Positions 24,995 to 37,243 of a stretch of 64,000 nucleotides of DNA are shown here, piece after piece. The notes under the pieces are model-generated. The model saw nothing but the letters and a program-made list of their open reading frames with translations, did not search any database and was not told the origin of the DNA. The position numbers and the translations under genes were made by a program. Numbering within the stretch: the first letter of the stretch is position 1; every line of letters begins with the position of its first letter. Location of the stretch: positions 223,977 through 287,976 of the forward strand of contig MCFE01000003.1 in the NCBI GenBank assembly GCA_002104905.1, in the 5' to 3' direction. The DNA is from Basidiobolus meristosporus CBS 931.73 (Eukaryota > Fungi > Basidiobolomycota).

Positions 24995-25222
24995 GAAACA
25001 AGGATAATCCGGATCAGGCATAAATGACAAAACCTTAACTTGACCCAAAGTAGGTCACTATTTTTTACCTCATATAGCATCTATATGATGGAAGTAACTG
25101 TCCCTGAGCCTAATATGGACACACAGTGAAGTTGTCTAAATGGATTAGACTGTTGGCCGGAAATAAGGAAACTCCAGATCTGCCGTAAATGACAAAACCT
25201 TAACTTGACCAAAAGTGGGTCA
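24995..25222 (+). repeat. ~63-bp direct repeat (24995-25057 and 25160-25222) ending in a TGACC-N7-GGTCA inverted repeat; present again in unit 2
   Basis: Identical core TAAATGACAAAACCTTAACTTGACC in both copies, followed by CAAAGTAGGTCA or AAAAGTGGGTCA. Confidence 0.8.
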
Positions 25223-28200
25223 ATTTTGCTCAAATAAGAAGCATTGGATAGCCCAGAGGCTATATACCATTATTACGATCTGTCAATTAGACTCAGCTTA
25301 TTATTCAAGCCCGTACAACTGATCAAAGTTGATGATTAGTATTATGATCAGATCATTCAGATTTTTAGGCATATTACTAAGTAGATATGCATACTGAATT
25401 CCAAGTTACTTGTTCTATTAAGTTGAACACAAATGCATACACCTTTGGATAATATATTAGTCCAGTATGCAAAACAGTTAAATCTTATACGCTTATTACA
25501 GATTGCACACTCACAATATGTATTTATTACTCATGAATATTTTGTTGAGTGGGAGTGTTGTAATTATTGAATTGTCACCTAAATATTCATGCTAACTTAG
25601 TCACATAGATCTTATTCTGTGATTAGCATTCTGTCCTGACTAGATTTCTTGTCGGGATTTACTTAGAATATTTTCACCAAATTATCAGGTACCCAGATTA
25701 TTATTTTTCTCAAAGTCGTCCAAAAGACCCCAAACTTTGCACACATATTCTTGGGACCTTCCTTAACAAACTCTACACGTTTGTTTCCTCTACTTTATCA
25801 AAAGTATAAATACCATACTTTTGATCAATAAATCTACAAGTGAATAACATGTAAATCTTCTAGTTCTCCACATCACTTCCAATACTCCTCAGAATATTGC
25901 AACAGGTTATGAGCCCCGAGCTTGCTGTCCTCTTGGTGTCTACTATGCTTTGGATCCTTTTCTGCTAGTCTGGAGAAAGACTTTCCGCACTATTGCTCTG
26001 CTAAGGTTAAAGAAGACTACCGCTGCTAAAGGACTATGTTTATGAGGATATTGCTGTGGAGAAGAAGGCCTTGCCTTCAAAAGATGCCTTCAGTAACTAT
26101 CCAAGTTAGTTATGAAGAAGAGTCAATCAAACTGGCATGTAATTGTGTCAAGAAATATAGTATGTTGGTGCTCTACCACTACTGAAGAAAATTGCGTAAT
26201 TCCAGCAATTGAGGGTCCAGATCTACAATGAAATATACTGCAATATGTATTCATATGACCCCAATTGACTGTTAGACGAGCTCTTGGATAGGATATTATC
26301 CTGAATTGCAAAAAAAAAAAGTTAGATCATTATTAATGATTGCCGGAGGAGGATTTTACCAAAAATCTGTTGCCACTCAAAATACAGCTGAGAATGCAAA
26401 TACTGGAGCTGTTAGCCTCCATTCTGGACTATCTACTGATGGAAAAAGATCTCAGAAACAAGCTTCCTGAATTGTAAGGATCCCAATGATATATAATACA
26501 TATATATCCACCTGGAGTACGGATATGTACTACACAATCCATTAGAAGAATGCTATAATTGTATCAAGTGTTTTGATACTGAAACCAGTGTACCAGGAGC
26601 TAAATATGGAGCTGTTAGACGTGCTATCACTCTGTTTAAGTCTCAAAACAGTGGGAGAAAGTATTATACAAATTTAGCAAAATCAACTCATGAAGATTCT
26701 ACCGCCAGCTAAAGGAGTGAAGCATATAATTGCAAGCCTGATTGGAGTATACAACCAAGCAACAGTTGGTCAGTACACAGCTAAGAGCCACTCAGAAGAT
26801 AACACAGTACTTTATACTTGTTATATATATATCACTTATTACAGTGGGAGAAAACACTTGGTGATATTTAACTTCTCTGGATCAGATCAAAAGAATTTTG
26901 ATTGATCAAGTCACCGCCAAGTTCTGCAACTCAAAATACTGATATATTGGAGTCTGATACCGAGGTATTGATGAAGCTAGCTATCATATGCAGTTTATTT
27001 GATCAAACTTGGTCAACTCTATCAAAAGTTATGAATGATCTAAGTGGATGCCGATTTTGATTATTTCACTCTCAAATAGTCAGATATTATGGAACAATGA
27101 TGTCATGGAGACTCTTGTGCTCAAAAACACCGTGGTCCCACCTGCAAGGAAGTCCAGAACCACCCCACAAAAGGAAATATCCCTGGGTCATCAGCAGAAA
27201 AAGAAAAGAAGAAAAAATGGAAAATACTACTACTGCAAACTAGGGTACTTCCCAAATGGTGCCAAAACTTATGTAGGCCATATTTGGACTATCTGGCAAT
27301 GCAGATATGTTCTATGGAGCCTCTTGTACGAAGTTCTCAAGCTAGAAACCCCAGAAGAGCCTTGAAACTTCAACAGGATCTGTTAGATATTGTAGTATAT
27401 ATTGGAACAGATTATTTAGTGCAGAAGTCTTGATGTCTGCTGTCTATGGAGCTGAAAGAAAAAGGTGCAAGGATCAACCAGATGGTTTTTATGGATTCTG
27501 AAGACACTGAGAAGATCAGTTAGCCTTGGAAACCGAGCTCAAGGTTGAAAATAACTATCAGGAGAATAAGGATAATCAAAGCCCTTGTTAAGGAGAATCT
27601 CACTTCTGGAAAAGCGCCAATCTCTATTCTACAAGTATATTCTGATAAGACAAAAGCAGCTGTATCAATCCAAATCAGTAGAAGCACTCTAAGAATAGCT
27701 ACCAAACAACCCATGGTGTTGTCCAATACCAAACTGGGTAAATCAAGAAGCAAATGGACTTTGAATCTACCGCATATGAAGTAATCAGTCCAAAGAAAGT
27801 TATTGCTATTTAAAGAAGACAAAGATGACCATTCTAGATCATATTTGTGGATCTGAATCACTAAACAGACGTGGTTCAAGTGGGAGCAGGCCATCCCAGC
27901 TCAGAGTTGAGCAAAAACCTTCTTTTTTTGGCCATGTTATATGTGCCACAGTGCCAGGAAACAAGGATAATCCGGATCAGGCGTAAATGACAAAACCTTA
28001 ACTTGACCCAAAGTAGGTCACTATTTTTTACCTCATATAGCATCTATATGATGGAAGTAACTGTCCCTGAGCCTAATATGGACACACAGTGAAGTTGTCT
28101 AAATAGATTAGACTGTTGGCTGGAAATAAGGAAACTCCAGATCTGCCGTAAATGACAAAACCTTAACTTGACCAAAAGTGGGTCAATTTTGCTCAAATAA

Positions 28201-28867
28201 GAAGCATTGAATAGCCCAGAGGCTATATACTATTATTACGATCTGTCAATTAGACTCAGCTTATTATTCAAGCCCGTACAACTGATCAAAGTTGATGATA
28301 AGTATTATGATCAGATCATTCAGATTTTTAGGCATATTACTAAGTAGATATGCATACTGAATTCCAAGTTACTTGTTCTATTAAGTTGAACACAAATGCA
28401 TACACCTTTGGATAATATATTAGTCCAGTATGCAAAACAGTTAAATCTTATACGCTTATTACAGATTGCACACTCACAATATGTATTTATTACTCATGAA
28501 TATTTTGTTGAGTGGGAGTGTTGTAATTATTGAATTGTCACCTAAATATTCATGCTAACTTAGTCGCATAGATCTTATTCTGTGATTAGCATTCTGTCCT
28601 GACTAGATTTCTTGTCGGGATTTACTTAGAATATTTTCACCAAATTGTCAGGTACCCAGATTATTATTTTTCTCAAAGTCGTCCAAAAGACCCCAAACTT
28701 TGCACACATATTCTTGGGACCTTCCTTAACAAACTCTACACGTTTGTTTCCTCTACTTTATCAAAAGTATAAATACTATACTTTTGATCAATAAATCTAC
28801 AAGTGAATAACATGTAAATCTTCTAGTTCTCCACATCACTTCCAATACTCCTCAGAATATTGCAACA

Positions 28868-31800
28868 GATTCCACACCACAAGAGAAGAGAAAAAAGACA
28901 ATGTGGTTATTGTCGCAAGCCTCTCAGCCATGAAGCACACAAACAGCCCAGGGTTTATTACAAGGATTACAGCCAGTGTTTGGCCATGCAAGTCATATTT
29001 GACCATTCATCAGTCACTACTGTACCAACATTATCTTGCTGGCCAGTGGATACTTCTATATTGGCTCTTGGCCATCTTTGTCACCTTGTGCAAACTGCGT
29101 CAGGTGAGTTTGTGATGCCTTTAGGCTCACCTCAGCCTTCTGAATATGGCATGCAGAGTGATAGCTCTGACAAAGAAGGCTTACTGATGGATTCTGAGCC
29201 TATCTCCCCTAGCAAAAGTACAAAACATGAGCCCCGTCAAGTCCCAATAAGCCATGAGACAACACCCACTGATGCATTTGCCAAGGATACTTAATGGAGC
29301 CAAATGAGCCCAGTAACCCATCTACTGGTGAATGGTGTAATGTTGTGGCTAGAGAAGTAGCGTATTTCCACTGATATCAGTAATGGGGGCTTTGAGGACT
29401 TATTACTACCTCTTTCCAAAATCATTCTGGGATGCAACTAACCATGTACATGGTGCAAGTGGACAACCATCATGTGGCTGGCAGCATATAACCCAGAGTC
29501 TGTCCTGATTCCAGCATGTGGTAATGTTGTCAAAATTTGTAATTCTACCTACATATACACCTAGCCTAGTCACTTAGATCGTTTCCTTCCAATCCTGGAG
29601 AATACTGACCAAATTCCTTGTTGGGATTTACTTGGAATATTTTCACCAAAGTACCAGGTACCCAGAACATCAAATTGTCAAAGTTGTCCAAACAGCCCCA
29701 AACTTTGCACATATGTTCTTGGGGCCTTTATTATTCTATTCTATGTGTTTGTAATGCCAAGACCATGTAAAAGTATAAATACCACCTTTACATACAATAA
29801 ATCATTAAGTGAAAATTACATTATCTACTTGTTCACTAATTCACTTCCAACATCTCCAAGACTCTTACAACAGGTAACAGTTGTATAACATTCACATCCA
29901 AATATGCTACCATTGAAACATGTGCAACTTGTCAGGAATCCACCACCACTGAGGGAAAACATTGTTCACACTCTGGATATATTCCGGTAATACCCCACCT
30001 AAAGAAGCTCATGCAGTCTAACAAATATTGCAAAGCTGTGCAGTACTGCACTCAGTATCAATCAAGCACAAATCTATAAGATATATTCAATGGCAAGCAT
30101 TACAAGCAGCTAAGAAGCAAGGGCTACTTTCAAGGTAAGTATGACCATATCTTTACATTAGCACTTGATTGATTCTCATTAAACAAGTGCTCTATCAGCA
30201 GATCCTGCTTGCCACTGATTTTCATCAACCTGAAACTGCTGCCTATCTTAGAGTATCAGGGCAAAAATCTAATGGTGATCTCACTGGTATCTGAGCCTAA
30301 ATCACTGACCACCTGGATAGCTACCTGTATCTATTGCTGGACAAATTTTGTATGCTTTCCAGTAGAATAGCAGTATATGATCAGCATTTCAAAGCACATA
30401 TTTTTATTTGCATTGAACATACCCCAGCCATCAGCAAAATAGCCAGCTTTTCTGGGCACAATGGATGGTATTGTTTTCAAATGTGGGAGATCCAGGGAAT
30501 TTACTCCGTAACTCACACACATTATTATTACTCAAAAACTACCACTAAGAGCATCATTGTCCAACAGAGCAAACATCCAGAAGTCAGCATGCAATTGCTG
30601 CAAGGTTGGCAGGCTATGAGCCATTGGCCTGAATATGGAGTCAATTAGAGACCAGAGATACTTGAGATAGAGGATATTTGTTGGAGCAAAAGCTTTCCAC
30701 TGGGAGCAGTGCATTTGCTTTTCAAAATATCCCTATACCAATAACCAAGTTGTACACAGGGCACTTCAAGCTAAATGTGCGCTTTGAGATACTGGAGAAA
30801 TTTGAAAGAAATGGCAAGGTATTACAGAGTATCTGCTACCCTAAGTACTGCTCAGGGGCTCTAATCAATACTCATACTCATTTGCAACAATATAAATGCA
30901 AAGACTGGATAAACTGCATATGAATTTATTTAGGTGGTGTTCTGAAGCCATTCTTAACATGAGTACATTTGAAGCATTGGGAGTTATATGTGAGCATTGT
31001 AGCAATATTTATCCAGATGCCAATCACCAATGCCAACTTGACACATCTACAGCTGTTGTGCAAAGAGTTTGTAATGGGATTTGAGTAGCTATACTACAAA
31101 CACAAAGCTGAACACATATACCTTGGCCACTACTGTATCCATTCTCTACTCCATCTTACTTGGTGTGTGGAGAACATTGGGCCTTGCTTCACCTATAGGG
31201 AGTTTCCTATGGGTAGATGTGTGGGGAGATAGGAAGATGAGTCATGTTGCAGGTACTACCATATCCCAATCTCATCAAGAATACTACCTTCAATTCTGGC
31301 ATGGATGTGATGAGTTGGCACATGGAGGACAGCCAGGAAGAGTTGGAAAATTCTGAGGACATATGTGCACATGGAGACACCTATGCCTGTGGCATTAAGA
31401 AGCTAAGCAGCCCTTATGCATGGATAATCTGCTTAGTAATGCAAAGTTGGGTTGGATATAACAAACAACAGATTTTTATTAGGAAAGCTCCACCAATATA
31501 TGCCAGATTTCTCTTGGTCACAAGCCAACCTCTATGCCCTTAAATACAGAATTCAAACAGGCAAGAGCCAGAGCACACCTATAAGGGGACTAGAATCCAG
31601 CAGGGAGAAGGAATATATTGGCTAAATACCAAAAAGTTCTTGGCAGATATTCAGGAGGAATTCATGGCAGAGGTGGCAGCAACCAAGCATATGTTTGCAA
31701 GATGTATATGTTACCAGCAGTACAAGGTATATGGCAGCTTTGAAAGTATCACACTAAAAAGCCATAAAGTTGAGGTGTAGGCAGTGTGTCAATTGTGGCA

Positions 31801-32368
31801 GGTGTACATGTTTGTAGAGGTTAGTAAGCAGGAGGCCATAGTTTTTTTTGAATCAAACTATATGTGAAATACCCAAGGTAGTAGCAGGTGAGCAAATAAA
31901 GAGGGGTGATTCTACAGTGGAATATATGAATTGCACAAGGGGAGGTAGAAAAAGGAAATGCCATTTGGTAAATTGGTGCAGTGGCATTATACAGAACTAG
32001 CTGTAGGCTGCCATACTACTGTAATAATGCCATTAGAGACTCACTGTGAGGCCGTCAAAATACCATCAAGTTTTTTGCCATATTAGGCAATTGGATGTAC
32101 TAGCTAGTTGGATCCATTTGATATAATTGTAGAGCGCATTAAGACTGCAACAATGTCATGCAAATTTTGTAACAGTACCTTCAAGCCCTGTCAAGTTTTA
32201 TAACTATATTTGGCAGTAAAATTAGCATAACACCATCATGATCCCATTGTAAGATTGTCAAGAAGGTCACTAAATCTAAGCTACCAGTATTATGATGGTC
32301 TCCAAAGTGAATTCTGACAGCTGATCTGGGTTAAATTCACCTGCAGGACCAAATTACTTTTCATAGGG
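28868..32368 (+). mobile_element. CACTA/EnSpm-type element copy A, inverted relative to the other copies and truncated at LTR3; degenerate transposase on + strand
   Basis: Homologous to the transposase of copy B ('KRREKRQCGYCRKPLSHEAH', 'GPCFTYREFP'). Ends in the TIR reverse complement AAATTACTTTTCATAGGG at 32368. Confidence 0.8.
29525..29872 (+). mobile_element. Copia-family solo LTR inserted in the copy A transposase
   Basis: TGTTG..CAACA, 348 bp, similar to the 57542 LTR. Perfect 5-bp TSD GGTAA (29520-29524 and 29873-29877). It splits the PAC-VNSC motif. Confidence 0.9.
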
Positions 32369-33160
32369 GACACTGTTGCATTGTCTGAGAGTGGGATCTT
32401 CACTCTGTCTACAATGGAGGACATGGAGGCTGTGATAGACAGATTGCCTTTCTCCGCAAACTCATCTACCTCCCCAGAGTGTAGCTCAGCTGGCTGTCTT
32501 TCCAAAACCTGTTAGCTGTTGTCTTCTTGGTGATTCTTCTTAGCTTTTACAGGATTCATCCTGTTCTCAGCTGATGGCATCAATCAGTGAGAACTGTAGC
32601 TTATTTCTCACTCATCCCTGCCTACAGCTGGGGTAGACTTTTTTCCTTCACCATTATTACTGCCAGGTCTCTCACTGCTACTTTGACAGAGTGCTTCTTG
32701 TTTTGATCTACATTTTCTCCTTGATGAATACTGCACTGGTGCATCTATTTTGCCAGCTTGTTGCATACTGGCACTCCTCTGGCTACCTGATATATCTTTG
32801 CCACAGGCTATGAGCTTTCCACCCTGCAGGTGACAGGCTCCTGAGAAAGCCATAAGCTCTTATCACTGCAAGGTCCTTCTCTGCTACCTTCACTGAGTGC
32901 TTTTTGTATCGAACTACATTTTTTCCTTAGTAAATGCTCCACTGATGCATCTCCTTCTACCTGCTTGTCTCATGCTGGCATTCATCTGGCCACCAGATAT
33001 ATCTTTGCCACTTGCTTGGAGCTTTCACATATGATTATGACAAGCTCTTGAGAAGCTTCTGGTTTTTAGCCATGGCACCCATGATCTTCTGCCTTAGATA
33101 GTTTTCGCTATTTATGAGATACTTTCTTTGTATATCAATACTGGCCCAGAAAGTGTTTTC
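32369..33160 (-). pseudogene. Inverted fragment of CACTA ORF2, the insertion site of copy A
   Basis: The reverse complement aligns by eye with 40020-40810. Confidence 0.65.
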
Positions 33161-33517
33161 TTGCTTGCTATTCCATATGTAGCTTAAATCCAAAAAAATA
33201 TGGCCTCATGCTTACTAACATTGATGTACATGGGCAACTTCTGCAACTGAAACACTTCTATCCTCTTTACTTTTTTGGTTTTCTATGAGATACTTGATGT
33301 GCTGCTATATACCTTAAATTGGTAGTAACCTATAGATCTGGCTAACATATACTTTGCTGCCACCACTTTTGCCATAAATACCTCTGGAATATCTGCAAGT
33401 ATTTTTGATACTTGATCAATATATGGCCTCTCCCTGCTGGAGTCTGGTACCTTGTAAGTGTGCTCTAGTGCCTGTTTGTATATATTCTGTACCCTATGAA
33501 AAATAATTTGGTCCTGA

Positions 33518-34587
33518 TGTAGTGGGGTGACAGTGACACCCACTGACAGATGTGCTCATTCCCTTATTTTCTACTTCCCTATATCTCTACTACATTTATT
33601 TTAGTTTTATCCCATTTGTCTTACCCAATCAGTACTATCCCATAAGCCGGTTGACTATCACACCTGCTTACCTTATTGCATAAGTTACCCCTCACTTTAT
33701 GTAAGATTACTAGCTATAAGTACTTCTATATTAGGCAAGTACCCGCACCAGTACCCGTGACACATGATCAGCCCGTGTCACCATCCCTACCATTTCCATA
33801 CCATATATGGTATCCCCATGTTACACAGGTTTCAGAATACTGATTCCTGATTGGTTGGATGTGCTGTGCCTCTTAGAACCTTCTGGCACCTACTTAGAAC
33901 ATTCTTAGGTCATTCTGATGTCACTAAGATTTCTATTGATATCCGGAACCTTCTGGAACACCATGATTAGTAATCACTTAGCCAGTGAGAAAAGTATGTA
34001 AGGGAGGCTATCCCTCTACAATAAATCATCATCCCTTTTATCAATATACCAACTTGTTGATTAGTGTGATCACTGCTACCTGCTGCTACCTGAACTTCCA
34101 ACCCTTGACCACAGGACACTCACAGGAAACTGCGCTGACAGCCAACTGACCTTGGAGGCACTACTTGTGAGGAATACGCAGAGTAGGTATCTTTTATTAT
34201 ATTTGATTCTTTCCCAAGTTTGTTCTTGTACAGGCAAAGATACTTTTCTGTCTTTGTAACTATTGACCAAAGCTGCATTCTTATCAAGTCCCTGCTGGTG
34301 AAGTTTACAGTTGTTTTGACTTTGGAAGCTTTAGTACATTGTCATCTCTAGGATGCTGAACCCAGCACATACTTTTGTTAAGATGCCAACTAAGTTGGGG
34401 ATTGTAGCTCAAGAGTTTTCCCTTGACAAGCTTGTGGCTTTATTCCCCTTCACATTAGATTAGATACAGAACCCAAGTATTCCTAGCAAGCTTTTGCCAG
34501 AGATTATTGCACCCAGTGAACACCCCACACACAAAACACTTGAGAAGTGTTGGACGTATCTCTCCCTTGGACTTATACACCACCACA
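33518..34587 (+). mobile_element. Solo-LTR-like element, family B (1070 bp)
   Basis: TGTAGT...TACACCACCACA ends. Homologous in reverse to 58635-59438. It interrupts the CACTA left subterminal sequence. CArG palindrome at 33798-33813, CCAAT box, and AATAAA near 34021. The TSD is degenerate (CTGA/CCGC). Confidence 0.7.
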
Positions 34588-35999
34588 CCGCGGGTGGATC
34601 TGATCTGGATCATCTGTCAAGATCCCGCTCAGAGACTGTCACAACAACAGCAGCTTGGAATTAGTGACCCTCCTGACAATCTTACAACAAGATCATGACG
34701 GTATTTTGCAAATTTTACAGCCAAATAAAGGGATAAAACTTGGCAATTTTTGATTGGTGCTGCGACAATATTCGCATGTTATTGTTGCAGTCTTTCAGCG
34801 CCCTATTACTATTTTAAGTGGATCCAGTTGGCCAGGACTTCCAGTTGCCTTATATGGCAAGAAACTTAACGGTATTTTGACGGCCTCACAGCAAGACTCT
34901 GATGGCTTTTTTTTTGGCAGTATGACAGCCTGCTGCTGGTTATGTATAATGCTACCGTACCAATTTACCAAATGGTATTTCCCTTTTCTACCTCCCCTTG
35001 TGCAATTCATATATTCCACTGTAGAATCACCTTTAGTTATTTGCTTACCCACTACTATCTTGGGTATTCCACATATAGTTCAAATCAAAAAAAACTATGG
35101 CCTCCTGCTTACTAACCTCTACAAATGCGCACACCTGCCACAATTGACATACTTCTATCACCTCAACTTCACGGCTTTTTAGTGTGATACTTGCAAAGTT
35201 GCCATATACCTTGTACTGCTGGTAGCATATACGTCTTGCAGACATATGCTAGGTTGTTGCCACTTCTGCCATGAATACCTCCTGAATATTGGCAAAGAAC
35301 TTCTTGGTATTTAGCTAATATATTCCTTCTCCCTGCTGGATTCTAGTCCCCCTTTTAGGTGCACTCTGGCTTTTGTTTGTGTGAATTCTGTATTGAATGG
35401 TGTAGAAGTTGGCTTGTGACCACAAGAAATCTGGCATATCTTGGTGGAGTTTTCCCAATAAAAATTAGTTGCTTGTTGCACCCAACCCAACTTTGCATTA
35501 CGTAACTGATTACCCATGCATTGGGGCTGCTTAGCTTCTTAATGCCATAGGCATAGGTGTCTCCATGTGTACATTTGTCCTCAGTATTTTGCAACTCTTT
35601 CCGGCTGTCCTCCATGTGCCAACTCATCACATCCATGATGGACTTGAAGGTTATATTCTTGCTGAGATTGGGATATGGTAGTACCTGCAACTTGACTTGT
35701 CTTCCTATCTCCCCACACATCCGCTCCATAGGAAACTCCCAAAAGGTGAAGCAAGGCCCAATAATCTCCACACACTGTGCAAGATGGAGTAGAGAATGGA
35801 TACAGTAGCAGCAGAGATCTAGACGTTCAGCTTTATGTTTGTAGTATAGCTGCTCAAATCCTGTCACAAACTCCTCACACAACAGCTGTAGATGCATCAG
35901 GTTGGCATTGGTGATCTGCTTCTGGATAAATATTCCTACAATGTCCACATATGACTCCCAATGCTTCCAATGTACTCTTGGTAGGAATGGCTTCAGAAC

Positions 36000-37243
36000 T
36001 GTGATAATGGAAAGTATTCCATTACTACAATATCTCTAAACCAATATTGCACTCATTTCTTTATTTTGCCTTTTGCTATTGTAACACACAAGTGAAAGAT
36101 CAAGAATTTCCAACTTTGATGAACAAATGCTCCAGACCCTGACAAGCAATCCACCCAAGAATATTATGTCATACAGAACACGTAGTAGCCAATACATGTT
36201 TCAAATTACAGCTCATTTGAAGCAGTACTTAAGGAGTTATGACCAAATGAGTCTAACAATTATATATACTGTGCCTTATTGCTAGGATTACTATGGTGAC
36301 TTTAATCACGTGTAACTTTCGAACCAGCTAATCAAATCACGTGAAATTTTCACAGGTGCTGCGCCTATGTCTGATCTGCGCCACTGCAAAATTTTAGCTT
36401 TGTATCACGTGTATTGCTTGCGCAATTGCCCAAAAACTTTGATCCTTCAAAATTTTCACATATATGACTTCCCCAGCTGAAAAATAAAGAGAGAGCCTCT
36501 CTTTCTAGAATCTCCACACTACAATTACAAGTTTAAAGGTTATAAGACTTTCCTTGCATCACTTGCACTGTTGAGTATTCTGACTTTGATCAGTACTACA
36601 TCAGTAAAGAGACTGCAAAGCTCACAAGAATCCAATCTAAGTTCTACAAGAAACTACCACTTTTCTGTTGGAAAAGTCCCCTCTAAGAAACCCCTTTACT
36701 CTAAAGACACCCCTTTAGACACCCCTATAGTCTAAAGACCCCTTTAGAGACCCCTTTAAGAAACCCCTTTACTCTAAAGAAGCCCCTTTAGGTACCCCTT
36801 TAGTGTAAAGTCCACTTTAGAGACCACTACAAGAAGCCCCTTTACTCTAAAGACACCCCTTTAGACACCCATTTAGGTCTAAAGACCTCTTTAGAGACTT
36901 CTACAACAGACCCCTTTAGGTTAAAGGGGAGTTCAGAATTTCCATATTAGGAAATATTTTCTCAGAAAGGATAGTGACTTTCAAATAAGGAAAAGTTACT
37001 ATAAAAGTAAATAAGCTCATTAGTCAAACAGAAGGTCAGAACACTGTTGTAGAAGTGATAAACACTGCCTACAGTATATTTTGAGCCTAACATTGAGGAA
37101 ATTAGTGAAAGTTATATTTTCTATTGGTATATCAAACTCCCAATAAACTATTTAAGTATTAGCATACTGGAAGTTGTTGTATATTGTTGATTAGCCTCTA
37201 CATTGTGGAACAAGCCCCAAACTAATCATAATACAACACAACA
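36000..37243 (+). mobile_element. 1244-bp solo-LTR-like insertion, family C, in the copy B transposase
   Basis: TG..CA ends, with GAAC duplicated at 35996-99 and 37244-47. Removing it restores CTTCAGAACACCACTTC. Internal order: three CACGTG, a CCCCT array, TATAAAA near 37000, AATAAA near 37142. Confidence 0.7.
36677..36930 (+). repeat. Degenerate tandem array of CCCCTTTAG / CTAAAG units (12 CCCCT plus 1 AGGGG)
   Basis: Counted directly in 36677-36930. CTTTA..TAAAG pairs form local inverted repeats. Confidence 0.9.

Larger units (their letters stand above)
22591..28867 (+). mobile_element. Tandem non-autonomous copia-derived LTR element: LTR-internal-LTR-internal-LTR
   Basis: Three 349-bp TG..CA LTRs (22591-22939, 25556-25904, 28519-28867) at a period of 2965/2963 bp. 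PBS GGTTATGAGCCC follows LTR1 and LTR2; PPT GAGTGGGAG precedes LTR2 and LTR3. The ~2.6-kb internal units are ~99% identical and have no recognisable RT or integrase. Outer flanks (GTGTG / GATTC) show no TSD. Confidence 0.9.

Noticed and set aside
23158-27894. Small ORFs repeated identically in the two tandem units (62-124 aa)
   Set aside because: Their recurrence is explained by ~99% DNA identity. They overlap in different frames and lack motifs, so they are not called genes.
36677-36930. CRISPR-like or telomeric interpretation of the CCCCTTTAG array
   Set aside because: No fixed repeat-spacer periodicity, a eukaryotic context with no cas genes, and units too irregular for telomere repeats.
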